From Eledone cirrhosa (taxonomy: Eukaryota), in assembly GCA_964016885.1 (NCBI GenBank), contig OZ024754.1:31310001-31374000 (forward strand): DNA of 64,000 nucleotides, given 5' to 3'. Of this stretch, positions 13,884-26,722 are shown one piece after another. The stretch's first letter is position 1. The number at the start of each line of letters is the position of its first letter. The notes beneath the pieces were generated by a model. That model worked only from the letters and a program-made list of their open reading frames with translations, was not told the origin of the DNA and did no database searches. Position numbers and translations under genes: made by a program.

Positions 13884-15163
13884 TTGTATGTGTATATTTA
13901 TATATATGTATATGTGTATATATATATGTGCATATGTGTTTGTATATGTATGTATATCTGTGTGTGTGTGTGTGTGTGTGTGTGTACAAAAACACGCGGA
14001 ATATTATTGCTCAATATGTCTTCATTCTTGCTTTGGTTTGTTTCATTCTTTTTGTTTTGTTTTTTTAAAACGCTAGCAGGAAATTTTAAAAAAGGATTTC
14101 GCTACCATTTCTAGCAGGTCGAATGTTAATGTGCTTGTTCCTGCATTGGTGGTCTTAAAGTCTTAAATATAATGTTTACAATGTCTCGTATCGGTTAGTC
14201 CAGGCATTCTTTAAAAACAAATACTTTGAAATCCGAAAATTTGTTTTTATAAATTCAAATTTGCATTTGTTTTTAATCGTAATATGGTGAAATGATTGTG
14301 TATTAAGAATTATATTAAATTTTATCGAAATCATAAATCAGATTGTATCAACTTTAACCCTAACCTTAAACCCTAATCTTTTCCCGAAACCCACACTTTT
14401 AGAACCTAAACCTTAAGCCCTAACTTTGAAAGTAAACATTATCACCCGAGCTATAATAAATAATATATTTTTGCTACGAGCGTATTGGCTGGCCTCGAAG
14501 TGTTTAGCTAAACCTTATGGTGTGGCCGATTGTCGCAACTGGTGGTGAATTGCTACCCCCCTTCTTTTTAAAATGTTTTTGTGTATTATATTTGATATAT
14601 TTTCCTGTATTGTATTTGTTATGTGTTTATATTTGTGTTTGTATTTTATTTCTAAAAGAATTGTCAGCAATTTGTAATGTTATTTATGTATATAATTTAT
14701 AATGTTAAAATAAAAGTTTTTTATTAAGATTTTATTCATCAATCGCATTCATCAAGTATTTGTTTTGAAAAATGTTTGTTTCGGGTTCCAGTGTTCTAGT
14801 ATATCTCTGCTGAATGGGTGCAGCAATTCGATTCACACTCATTAAGTCCCAGGTTCGATATCCCATGTTAGGCAAGTGTCATTTACTAGCCTCAAGTTGA
14901 CCTATGCCATGTAAATAAAATTAGGCAAACAGAAACTCTACCTTTAAATTCAAAAGCCCAACCTTGTGTCACATGCAGAAAATTACGTTAAGAGGAAACG
15001 TATGCTGTGGAACGCTCGGCTATTGTCACGTTAATTCCACGAGCAGGCTGTTCCTTTGATCGAACAACTCGAATACGCATTGTCGAAACCGACGTGGGGT
15101 CATTCCATTCTACTCCATATATCAATTAATAATTGTTTACTCACCTTCGCCTCTCCAAATAAT

Positions 15164-15254
15164 TGTTTCTACTTTAGGCACAAGGCCAGCAATTACCCAG
15201 TGCATTACTGGTACTTTATTTTATCGACCCCGTAAGGATGAAAGGCAAAGTCAA
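15164..15254 (-). mobile_element. 5'-truncated SINE family A with 19-bp TSD
   Basis: TSD CTTCGCCTCTCCAAATAAT at 15145 and 15255. Confidence 0.88.
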
Positions 15255-15721
15255 CTTCGCCTCTCCAAATAATAATAGATAACATTTAACGGGAGGTAAC
15301 TATTCCAATAAAAGAGTTATTTCCCTTTACTGCAGTTAAGGGCTGAAATACTTGTTTGAGTGGGGTTTCTTCTCTGAAGATATGCTGTCCAGCTTTCCTG
15401 GGAGTTTCTTACCACTTGTTGTTCTATCCATGTGTTACGTTAGCTAATTCTTTTTACCCTAGGTCAGTCATGATCCAGCAATTATAGAAGCAGACAATCG
15501 AAGGCACTCCAGCCATGAGCATTCACTCGCTTTTAAACATTGCATAATGTGTATGTGGGGGGGGGGGGGGGCGTAATTTTGATAACTAATAGATTTCGGT
15601 CAGTATTGGCCCAGGCCATGCCTAACTTAATAGCAATGAGTGTGTGTGTGTGTGTGTTTAGGTGTAACGTATGTGTGCGTTTGCGTACGTGTGTGTAGCG
15701 CCGTTGTGAATATATATATAT

Positions 15722-15861
15722 AATTGTTTCTACTTTTGGCACAAGGCCAGCAATTACCCAGTACATTACTGGTACTTTATTTTATCGACCCCGTAAGGAT
15801 GAAAGGCAAAGTTAACCTCGGCGGGATTTCAACTCAGACCATAAAGGGCCGTAACTCTTTG

Positions 15862-15922
<61 letters not shown>

Positions 15923-17120
15923 GTGTGTGTGTGGATGTTTGCTCCGAGAAATTAACCGATGGAAATGTGTACTTCTAAACATTTAGCAAAAGGCCACACC
16001 TCACAGACAGTAAATTAAATCGACTTCCGTACTTAACTGGTACTTTAACGAACTCTGGAGAATAAAAGTCCAAGGGACATAACTAAAGGTATGTTGTCCG
16101 ATGGTCTACTGATTCAGCCAATCAACTAACAGCCTCTCGTTTATGCACAACACCAGCAATCTGGGCGAGGAACAGCCGGTTAAATCAATCCCAATACTAG
16201 ACTGTTACTTTACTTTATCCACCCCGAATAAATGGAAGACTAAGTGGAGCTCGGCGGGGTTTGAACTGAGAACGTAAAGAACCATAACTAACTACTGCAA
16301 AGCGTCTTGTACGACGCTCTATCGATTCTGCCAATTCACCATCCTATCGAGGTGAAATAATGGTTTCTACTTTAGGCACAAGGCCAGCAATTATTCAGTA
16401 CATTACTGGTACTTTATTTTATCGACCCCGTAAGGATGAAAGGCAAAGTCAACCTCGGCGGGATTTGAACTCAGATCGTAAAGGGACGTAACTATGCTGG
16501 AAAGCATGGCGTCCGACCCTCTACCGATTCTGCCAATCCACCGCCCTATCGAGGTGAAATAATGGTTTGTAGTTTAGACGCAAGGCCAGTAGTTTGAAGC
16601 ACGGTGTGTATGGGGGGGGGGTTAAATTGACCTGAGTACTTGGCTGTTACTTTATATTACCGACCCTGGATGAATGAAAGACAAAGTTGACCTTGGCGGG
16701 ATTTGGACTCAGTACGTAAAGAACCGTAACTAAATACCGCAAGGCATTGTGTCCGAGTCTCTAGTGATTCTCCTTTCAAGTTGAAATAACGGTTTCTGAT
16801 TTAGGCCCAAGGCCAACAATTTTTTTTTGGGGGGGGGGAAAGTCGATTAAATTGACACAGTGCGTTACTAGTACTTTATATTATAAAGCTAACCTCGGCG
16901 GGAATTTAATTCAGAATGTAAAGGGCCTTAACTCCATGCCGTATAGCATGCTGTCCGACGTTCTACCGATACGGTCAATCCACCGCCCTTCAGGCTAAGA
17001 TAATGGTGTCTAATTTAGGCACAAGGCCAACACTTTTATGGGAAGGGAAAGTCAATTAAACCTAGCACAGTGCATTACTGCTACTTTATTTTATCGACCC
17101 CGTAAGGTTGAAAGACAAAG
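15722..17120 (-). mobile_element. Head-to-tail cluster of about 7 SINE family A copies of different ages
   Basis: Repeated ...ggcacaaggcca...gtactttatttta...cggcgggatttgaactcag...gattctgccaat units, all on the minus strand; youngest copy 16362-16544 has a TSD. Confidence 0.85.
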
Positions 17121-17764
17121 CTAAAATAATACCATGAATCCAAGCAGTTAATTCGTCAGATTGATATAGTTGCTCCAGTAAATACACAAAATACATGTAT
17201 TTAAAGTCAGCTCATATGAGATGTTTAGATAAAACCCCTCTAACGTTGAATCAACTGCTATTCAGACATCCGTGATGACATCAATGACGGTAGGCTGACC
17301 ATGAAGAAGTGATGTTAGAGCTGTGAAATCTTGTATGCATTAATTTCAATTCTTCTTATAAATAACTTCTTATAAAAATTGTTTCTTTCTTGCGATTATG
17401 TAGAAAACATAATAAAGGTGTATTTTATAATTGAAATAAAATTGTAAGAGTTATTTCCCCTGTGAATTATTATTTCCAAACTACCGAAATATATAATCAA
17501 ATGAGAAGTGTTACCAAGGTTAATAATTACATACTCCCGGGTTCCAAATAATGGGGAGGGGGAATAAGCGGGGTGGGGTGGAGTCGGTAATTTTTCTGTT
17601 TGTAAAAAAAAATCAGAATTAGTCGTTTAGTTTACATATTGAGACTCCAACCCATTCTATTTATTTTATAACGTATGGGATTTCTAGTAATGTACTTTGT
17701 TGTAATGTATGATGTTTTTTAATGTATAAAGAAAATCAATTGTTGCAGGAATGCTACCACTTAA

Positions 17765-18040
17765 AATAAAATTTGGCTGAAGCATGGAACAAACTGCCTG
17801 CGTCAGTTGTTAGCTGCCGAGACACTGCATCCTTTAAGACACTCATGCTTCCCGAAATACGCCAAAACTACACCTGATGTACCCCTTCCATACACATGCA
17901 CACATGTGTGTATCATGACTCATGCACTGTTCATTTTCCTGATGTTTGTACATTACCCTATGTACTATACATACACATTTTGATGAGTTGTAGTGCACCT
18001 GAGCACTGTACACAATATTTCATTATTATTATTATTATTA
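17765..18040 (+). mobile_element. 3' end of a CR1/L2-type LINE with (ATT)n tail
   Basis: AEAWNKLPASVV...SFK (WNxLP motif); related inverted tail at ~34480-34575. Confidence 0.65.
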
Positions 18041-18173
18041 AAATTTAATAAGCAGGAGGGAGATAAGAGTGGGAGGTGGACCTGAAAAATTAATAAGTGT
18101 GTGTGGGGGGGGGGGTTATTAGAGACACGTGAGTAAATAAAATCTACTTGTGCACTACTTACAAAGAACACTT

Positions 18174-18661
18174 CTTCTTCTTCTTCTTCTTCTTCTTCGC
18201 CCACTTAATCCTGAGAGGGTCGCGGCGACAAAGTCCTCAAACATTCCTTCCAGCGAGTCCTGTCTGAAGCAACTGTCTCCAACTGATCCGGCTGGATCTC
18301 CAAGCGCGATCAGCCAAGCTCATGGATATTATCCAACCATCTTGCTCAGGGTCTACTCCTGTATCTCCTACCAGCGATTCTTTCCTGAGACATTCTAACC
18401 ACATGCCCTCCATAGTATCGGAGCTGTGATCTCTCAATTCGGAGATTCTTTCCTGAGACATTCTAACCACATGCCCTCCATAGTATCGGAGCTGTGATCT
18501 CTCAATTCGGAGATTCTTTCCTGAGACATTCTAACCACATGCCCTCCATAGTATCGGAGCTGTGATCTCTCAATTCGGAGATTCTTTCCTGAGACATTCT
18601 AACCACATGCCCTCCATAGTATCGGAGCTGTGATCTCTCAATTCGGAGAAGTAACAGAGAG
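18174..18661 (-). mobile_element. 5'-truncated RTE LINE with (GAA)n tail, 15-bp TSD and an internal 4x68-bp tandem repeat
   Basis: LLLRIERSQLRYYGGHVVRM; TSD TTACAAAGAACACTT at 18159 and 18662; repeat units start at 18376, 18444, 18512, 18580. Confidence 0.85.
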
Positions 18662-19221
18662 TTACAAAGAACACTTAAAATATTCATTCCTTTTCTACAT
18701 AACTCGATAACTACGTCATTCGGCAGGTAAAAAGACTTACAATTCTAGGTTAAAGATACGGCACGTAAGTTTCTGTTACACAACCAGACAGAACATAATC
18801 CGGTCATAATGAATAAATAATCACCATAGAAGACCTTCACAAAATACAACAATTGGACAAACTAAATTGGAAGAGGCTATGTAGCCGGTAAGAATGTCAG
18901 ACACCATAAGTTACGGCCCAAGTTAAGACAATTGTTAAAACAATTTGAAATCTTTTTTTCTCTTGGAGGCCCTGCCTCTGAGGCATTTTTGCATATCACA
19001 GTCTTTGATAGCATTTAGCTGTTTTAACAGTTGTTCTAGCGATGAGTTTTCTCATTTTTATATGTGTACAATTTATATGATACATATCATTTATAAAAGA
19101 AACAAATTAATTTAGTTATAGGATAAAAGGTGAGAAGACTTAATTCTACACTACAACAATACATGTTGTTTCTCTCAAAAATATTTGAGGCAAGCCAAGA
19201 CACTTATGACATTAAAACATA

Positions 19222-19510
19222 TGATAGCGAGACTAAGACACTGGAATAGCGAAACACCCTTAACAGCATCACTTGATACATCAGTAAGACTGAGTGATAG
19301 CGAGAATAAGGTACTGGAATAGTCAAGCACCCTTAACAGCATCACTTGATACATCAGTAAGACTGAATGATAGCGAGAATAAGGTACTGGAATAGTCAAG
19401 CACCCTTAACAGCATTATTTATTAGATGTGTAAGACTGAGTGATAGCGAGACTAAGGAACTGGAATAGCCAAGCACCCACACCGGCATCACTTGATAGAT
19501 GAGTAAGGCG
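19222..19510 (+). repeat. 4x73-bp tandem repeat upstream of the PSME4 promoter region
   Basis: TGATAGCGAG at 19222, 19295, 19368, 19441. Confidence 0.9.
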
Positions 19511-19699
19511 AGCCGCCAAATATGACGACAAAAACTATGTTGTCAGTGATCTAGCTGCCCCAAACGTCTAGAATGCCACAGGCTGAATAACATAATTTGC
19601 TCATAAACCACCATATTTCAGTAGTTTGTTCCGTTAGTTTATACAGACTTGTGATTACTGTAAAGAATATGAGAAATTGTCAAAAAAAAGTTTGTCGCA

Positions 19700-19780
19700 G
19701 AGAGTTACCTCCCCTGCAATGTGCGTGCGCAGTCATGTAAAACGGGATTTCAGTTAGTATGAAGATGGCAGCCGTTTCTT
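19700..19780 (+). promoter_or_regulatory. Probable PSME4 core promoter / TSS region
   Basis: Local GC/CpG patch about 600 bp upstream of the ATG, with GTGCGTGCGCAG (NRF1-like) and AAGATGGCAGCCG (YY1-like). Inferred from motif resemblance only. Confidence 0.4.
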
Positions 19781-20363
19781 AAATCTCCCCTTTTTTTTAA
19801 GTTGTTTGTTTTTCAAAACAAAACAACAACATTACTTTAACTTACTTAAACACTTCTTGTGGAACTTAGTTTTTTTGGGGGGGAATTCAATTTAACAAAT
19901 ACATACTTTCATTTAAATATTTTCTATAGGACTTTAGGAGAAAGACATTCAGCTTCGTCACTGTCCGTTATATATATACACATATATATATACACACACA
20001 CATTTCTGTCTATATGTTGTATATATATAATATCTTTTTATAACTTTCCGTATATATATATATTATATAAATAATCTCTCTCTCTAAATATATATATATA
20101 TATATATATATTTGTTTAATCTATAACTATTCGTGAGTGTATTTATATATCTGTCTGAATATATATATAGATCTATATGTAATGTCTTCGTTATACTTTT
20201 ATATGTTATAAACAACTATTGCCGTCTCGTTGAGAATATCCAACACTTTCACTAGATATTATTTTCGTGTCTGTCATCACGTCTATATTTGAACTCTCTC
20301 TGTCTATCTGGAGTTTGTCTTTCATATTTTAATCTATTATTTACCTCTTCTAACCGTGTTTCA

Positions 20364-20566
20364 ATGGAGCGACTATACGACTCTGACAGCCAAGGCTACA
20401 ATCCACCTCTCAGAGAAATTATCCACAACCGTAACTTGCCATATTATGACCAACTGGAAGATGAATCTGCCAGAGTTCTGGCACATATTAAAAGTAATTT
20501 GGCTCGGACTGTTGAGTTGAGAGACATCAAGATTGGAGGTTTACACTGGACCGAACAGTTACTAAG
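20364..20566 (+). CDS. PSME4: PSME4 coding exon 1 (MERLYDSDSQGYNPPLREIIHNRNLPYYDQL...LHWTEQLLR)
   Basis: ATG at 20364; donor AAG|GTAATC, phase 2; N-x-LPY and HW motifs typical of the PA200 N-terminus. The start codon is inferred. Confidence 0.88.
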
Positions 20567-20698
20567 GTAATCCCCCCTTCTTTATACATTTTTCTTTCTC
20601 TATCTCTCTCTACACACAACAAACAAACAGCTAAAACATAAGTAGCTACTATATATAAATAAATATATATATATATCTATATATATATATATATATAA

Positions 20699-20729
<31 letters not shown>

Positions 20730-21293
20730 CTTACACGAAACATATGTACACATACATCTTATATTAAAAAAACACGATTGTTCTAGTTTGTTCTTTTTTA
20801 TTAATATTTTTTTTTTAATATTTCCTTACGGTTCGTTTGGGACAATAAAGTTACTAAATCCATCGTCGTTTTTATAGGGGATAACTGTTTGGGTAGGGAG
20901 GGGTTAATAAACAGGGTGTTTTTAGTGTCTAAAACTAATCTCCACATTTGAATATGTAGATTTAAATATATATATATATATATATAAAATATTAAAAAAA
21001 TAATGAATAAAACAATGAAACAGTTCCTTATATTAAACAAAATAAGTTCATTATTTAACGATCGTTTCTAGGACATATATGTATTATATATATATATATA
21101 TATATATTCATACGCTCACGTAAACAATTGTTTGTCATCTCACCGCCATTATTTGTCAAATAACTGATATAAGTTAATATCCGTTCACATACAATGATTT
21201 ATTAAACTTTTTATATTGTACATTAAGTATATTTATAAGGCCTGATTCTCTATCTTTTCTCTCTCTCTCTCTCTCTCTCTCTACGCACACACA

Positions 21294-21328
<35 letters not shown>

Positions 21329-21330
21329 TC

Positions 21331-21366
<36 letters not shown>

Positions 21367-21470
21367 ATGGAAACACGAAACTAACAAACAAGAGGATACA
21401 ATAACATGAGTATTAGTTTCACGCTTGGATGATGAAGAGTTACATATAGAGAACGACGTATCTGGCGTGT

Positions 21471-21527
<57 letters not shown>

Positions 21528-24016
21528 ATGTTCCCTTTTAAGAAAGAAACCCGAGTAAAAACATAATTTAAAGTATATTTCCCACTAAATTAAATAGTAA
21601 CTCTTGAAACGGAACTGGTCTCGTAAGAGTCGTTTAATAGAAATAAAATGGTTTCCAACAAATGTTATTTTTGCAAAGCATAAACTAGTTTATCTGCTTA
21701 CGTAAGCCATCGCAGCTCGGCTGCTTATATTACAGATATTGGTATGTGATGTAATTTTAGCTGTTTTCGTTAATCAACACCACAACTCTCTTATCTTCTT
21801 TGTCCCACTGTAGTCTTTTCAACACCTGTGACTATGTCACACTTTTAATGACAAGCCACTATATAACGGTGAGTCTAGGGAGTCCCCAAATAGTTATCTA
21901 GTTGCTAAATCTGAGGGACCATCTAAGCGGTAGCGAGACCGACTAGAAATAACAACTAAATCTACCTCAAAGCATACTCCCGATGTCTTAAAAATGCGGA
22001 TAAAACCTACTATAAACAATTGCAAAAATTGTTGTTAACCCCCCACCCATCCTCTCCCACCCTGCCCTCTTTCAATATAGTCATTGACAATACTAGCCGC
22101 GGCAAAATATATTTCTACCAAAGCTATCGAACAGATGCTAAAGTTTGACAGGTGAAAGTGGTACGCTAAACCCCAAGATCGCCAATGTATGTTTGATTGT
22201 GTGTGTGTGATGTATCTGCCAACCTCTGTGTGTGTGATATATCTATCTGTCAGTCTGTGTGTGTGTGTGTATGTCACATGTCAGTCTGTATGCGGCGTGT
22301 GTGTGTGATATATCTGCCAAATGATATAGTAGTGTAGCTTCAATTTGGAGAGGTTATTGTTTAGATTCTCTTGTTCATAGAATTGTCTTCTAAACACCTC
22401 CTACAGCTCTTGTTTGTTTGATGCGTCATTTAGTGCGATGTGTCTCACACACACACCCACACATTTACACACTTATATACACGCATACATACACACACTT
22501 ATATACACGCACACATACACACACACACCGCATACTGACGCTCCTACACGCACACACAGGCAGAAAAATATAACAAACAAAACCAATTTACATCACAATT
22601 GAACTGTTATATTCTTTGTTTTGTCCCCACCACACCCCACAGTGTTCTCACCTCCAGGGTTGAATCCCCAGTTAAAATTATTTCTCAGTTCCTGTCAGCA
22701 AATCTTTGTTTTTCTCCCCCCCCCCCTCCAGTGTACTAACTTCGAGTTCGATCCCCAGTTAGAATTATTTCTCACTTCTTGCCAGAAAGTGTTCTAAGTT
22801 AAAGCATGAACCTTACAACTTCTCACTTCTAATTTCTCAAGCTTTGTTGTTTTATGTAAATCAATACCATTTAGTTTTAACAAAACTTTATTGATTTTAT
22901 GTAAATTTAATTGTAGCTACAGAATCTTCCATGTAAGTGTCAGCTGTGAGTTGCACATGTAGTGTCATTTAGTACGATATGTTACATATACCTTGTCACT
23001 CTACCTGCTAGAAATACCAGCAAAATTTCCTTCAACTAACACTTTACTGTCTTGTAAAGGAAAGGGTACATTGGATTGTGTGATTTTATATATATATATA
23101 AATATACATATATAAATATATATATAATTATAAAATAACAGGAGGCTGGACTGGTGTAATTCCTTAAAGGTTCATTATACTATGAACATTTCAATGACCG
23201 GGTTCAGTATGAATACGGTGGCATCATCAGGTATTCGGAATTTAACAAAGGAATATAATCCATGGGGCTGAAAAGGCAGAGAGACAAAAAGGCGGCCACA
23301 CATTTAACAGTTATTTTATAATAATTAACTCCGTATTCGCACCACCAACAACACAAACGAAGACGGGTGAGTTGCATTACGTTGAGTGCTTTCCCTAATA
23401 TTACATCGAGGTTGACCATACGGAATGACCAGTTCTATCCAGTATTGAACAACAAACCTAAATAAATAAATATATATATATATGTCAATGTCACTAGACC
23501 GAGATCTTTGGCGCTACACAAGGACAACTTGATAAATTCCAACCTCACACACACCTCTCCAAGACAATGTCACTGGACCGAGATCTTTGGCGCTACACAG
23601 TCATACAGAAGACCCGCCTTGCCTAAGTACAAAGCGAAACCTACAGTCAGTAGGCACCTCTAACAAAATACCCCCCCCCCCCCCGTCCCACTAACCCCAC
23701 CCCATCCACACCACCCCCTTAAATGTGAAGTTATGTTGGTACCACAACATCCAGTCCGAAACAAATGAGGTCGTGTAGGTGTCACAACAACAAAAAAACA
23801 CAGTCCACGCTGTAATGTGGCCGTGTAGGTAACACGGTAAAAACCTCCCAGTCCACACTGTAAACGTGGTTGGTGTTAGGAAGGGCATCCAGCCGTAGAA
23901 AACCCGCCAGACAGTCCTATACGAGCAGGACAACAAAACTTGCCTCAAGTGGGAAACCTCCCGTCCAAACCCATGCAAGCGTGGAAGATGGACGTTAAAC
24001 GATGATGATGATGATA

Positions 24017-24454
24017 TGAAGGCGCATGGCTTAGTGGTTAGAGCATTGGGCTTGCAATCGAAAGGTTGTGAGTTCAATTCTCGGACCAAGTGATGTGTTG
24101 CTTCCTTGAGCAAGACACTTTATTTCACATTGCTCCAGTTTACTCAGCTGTAGACATGAGATGATAGGACTGGGGACCCTATCATTCCACTGCAAAGTGG
24201 TCATGGAGGTGCCACGGCAAAAAAGCACCCGACCCACACTGTAAAGTGGAAGTGTAGGCATCACGGAAAAAAAGCACCCAGCACTCACCATAAATGAGGT
24301 TGGTGTTAGGAAGGGCATCCAGCTGTAGAAATCAAACCAGAATCAGTTCCCGTATGAGCAAGCCAAGGTCAGCCGACCAGACACTGCCCGCAACAGGACA
24401 ACCCGTCTAACCCATGCTAGCGTGGAAGAACAGACGTAAAACGGTGATGAAGAT
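24017..24454 (+). mobile_element. Full-length SINE family B, preceded by a related truncated copy at ~23735-24015
   Basis: tRNA-like head TGGCTTAGTGG...GAGTTCAATTC; CCTTGAGCAAGACACTT core; tail ACCCATGCTAGCGTGGAA...GACGTAAAA(GAT)n. Confidence 0.87.
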
Positions 24455-24466
24455 ATATATATATAT

Positions 24467-25580
24467 ATCATCATCTTTTAACGTCTATCTTCCATGCTAG
24501 CATGGGTTTAGATGGGAATTGTCCCACTTACCGACACACTTCTCCCCGACAATATCACGGTTTTCCTTGCCACATTGCCTAGCAATCCTGAACACCTCAC
24601 GTTTTTGGTCCTCACGTTGTAGAACATGCTTGAACTTTCTTTCCTCTGCTTCCCTTCTTGCAAAGTACACTTGTCTCCTAGCCACTTGATAGTGTTCTCT
24701 ACTTCCCCCATCCCGCCATACTTTCCAAGCCTGCTTTTTGGCCTTGACTCCTCCACCTTACTGTTCCACCACCAAGTTACTCTCCGCCTGCCTACAGGTC
24801 TGCTCCAGCCACAGATTTCATCTGTCACCTTCAGCAGGTTAACTTTCAGGAATTCCCACTGTTCCTCTATATTGCATGTCTCTAATTGCTCTTCCTTACG
24901 GTCAAAAGCATCAAGTAATATGCTTTTAAATTTGTTACTCGCTGTGGGGTCCTTTAACTTCTATATTCTTCTCCTTAGGGTAGTCCTCCTCTGTTGTCGA
25001 GTATGTCTCATCCTGACTATGAGGCTATGTTGGGAGGTGCATTCTTCATGGGGGAGAGATTTAGTATTTACAACAGACACTCTGTCACGTCTTCTGGTAA
25101 GGATATAATCTATCTGACTGGCGTGTTCCCCTGATCTGTAGGTGATCAAGTGATTGTCTCGTTTTTTGAAGTTTGTGTTACAGATAGTTAGGTTATTAGT
25201 GTCACAGAATTCCAGGATTCTGAAGCCTTCCTCATCTCTAGTACCAAACCCATAGCCTCCATGGATTCCATCATAGCCATCAGAATGTTGTCCAATGTGA
25301 CCATTTAGGTCGCCAGCAATAATTATGTAGTCACTGTCGGTTATTTGGGAGGTAGTGAGCATTAGCGACTCATAGAATCTGTCTTTTATAACACCAGGTA
25401 GTCCAGATTGGGGTGCATAAGCAGATATTATTGTCACAGTAGTTCTATTTAGGACAAGTCTTATTTTGATTATTCTGTCGTTCACTTTATTCACGTCAAT
25501 TACCTTATCTACCCATTTTTCTGCTAACATAATTCCTACTCCACCCAGCCCATTGTCATTTCCCACCCAGAAAAGTTTAT
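24467..25580 (-). mobile_element. Internally deleted RTE-type LINE: AP endonuclease region joined to the 3' tail
   Basis: GGVGIML, ISAYAPQ, AGDLNGHIG, ICNTNF, SQIDYIL, SQH motifs; ends in a family-B-like (GAT)n tail. Confidence 0.88.
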
Positions 25581-25984
25581 AGTCGAAGCTGAAGCATATA
25601 GACAATATGCCTCCACCGACTCTAAGTGCAAAGTGGTCATGGAGGTGCCATGGCAAAAAAGCACCCAGCCCACACTGTAAAGTGGCCGTGTAGGCACCAC
25701 AGAAAAAAAGCACCCAACACTCACTGTAAATGAGGTTGGTGTTAGGAAGGGCATCCAGCTGTAGAAAAAAAGCCAGAATCAGTTCCCGTATGAGCAAGAC
25801 AAGGTCAGCCGACCGGGCACTGCCCACAACAGGACAACCTGTCTAACCCATGCTAGCGTGGAAGAATGGACGTAAAACGGTGATGATTATATATATAAAT
25901 ACACATACATATATACAAGGGTTGGCTGAAAAGTTAATAGGCTGACCGAGATACTCTCCTGGAATGACCAAATATATATAATAA

Positions 25985-26456
25985 AAAAACTAAGACATCT
26001 TGAAGAACTCTCTGTTACCTTCAATGGGACATAAGTTTGGGCTTGACAATGTGATGCTTATCCAGGATTTTGCACCATGCCATGGGTCAAAAGCAACGCA
26101 GGCCTTCCTTGTTGAGAAGGTGCCATTTTTTTGTGAGGGCCAACATCTGGCCCAATAGCTCAGATCTCAACCTTCTCGATTACTTTTTATGGGGCATACT
26201 TTAAGCAAGGACCAATGCTTCACCACACCCGAGTGTCAACAGTTTGAAGACCTGCATCGTGCATGCAACATGCAAAATCAAAATAGCAGAGGTTGTTCTC
26301 ATGTGGAGGCAAAAGGGCGGCCATATTGAGTGATAAGTGTTTTTGTTGTAATAAATGTTAAATTAAAATTATATTTATCTACTACCATTATTTTAGTATT
26401 TATAACCAGTTTTATGCATCGTAAAAATTATCTCAATTTCTCTGCAAGACCCTGTA
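25985..26456 (+). mobile_element. Decayed Tc1/mariner transposase C-terminal fragment with right TIR
   Basis: QDFAPCH and WP-NSSDLNLLDYFLWG (from the WPxxSPDLNP motif), frameshifted; ends ACCCTG|TA. Confidence 0.7.
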
Positions 26457-26468
26457 TATATATATATA

Positions 26469-26508
<40 letters not shown>

Positions 26509-26511
<3 letters not shown>

Positions 26512-26604
26512 GGTGTCCAAAATGTATACACACTTCAACAGCATTCTAATAAATATTGCCTGTACAGGTAATCAAAATGTGTATACATTTTTGGGGACAC
26601 CCTG
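26509..26604. mobile_element. Tc1/mariner-type MITE
   Basis: TA|CAGGGTGTCC...GGACACCCTG|TA with long TIRs. Confidence 0.8.
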
Positions 26605-26722
26605 TATATATAGAGAGAGAGGGGCAGTGAGACATACAGGGCTGTGATGCGCCACTTTGTGTATATTATTTTCATTTATTAACTCTTTAATAAACTCAAT
26701 GTCTTATTTATTTGTTTCTCAG

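Noticed and set aside
15135-15150. Minus-strand donor AAG|GTGAGT suggesting a divergent gene
   Set aside because: No supporting exon chain or recognisable protein found; a single motif is insufficient.
24017-24090. tRNA gene (also at 11137 and 56955)
   Set aside because: tRNA-like heads of SINEs: no complete acceptor stem, and they continue into repeat bodies.
24961-25827. 288-aa host gene (CFDP2-like)
   Set aside because: Chimeric ORF of antisense SINE sequence fused to a LINE endonuclease fragment.
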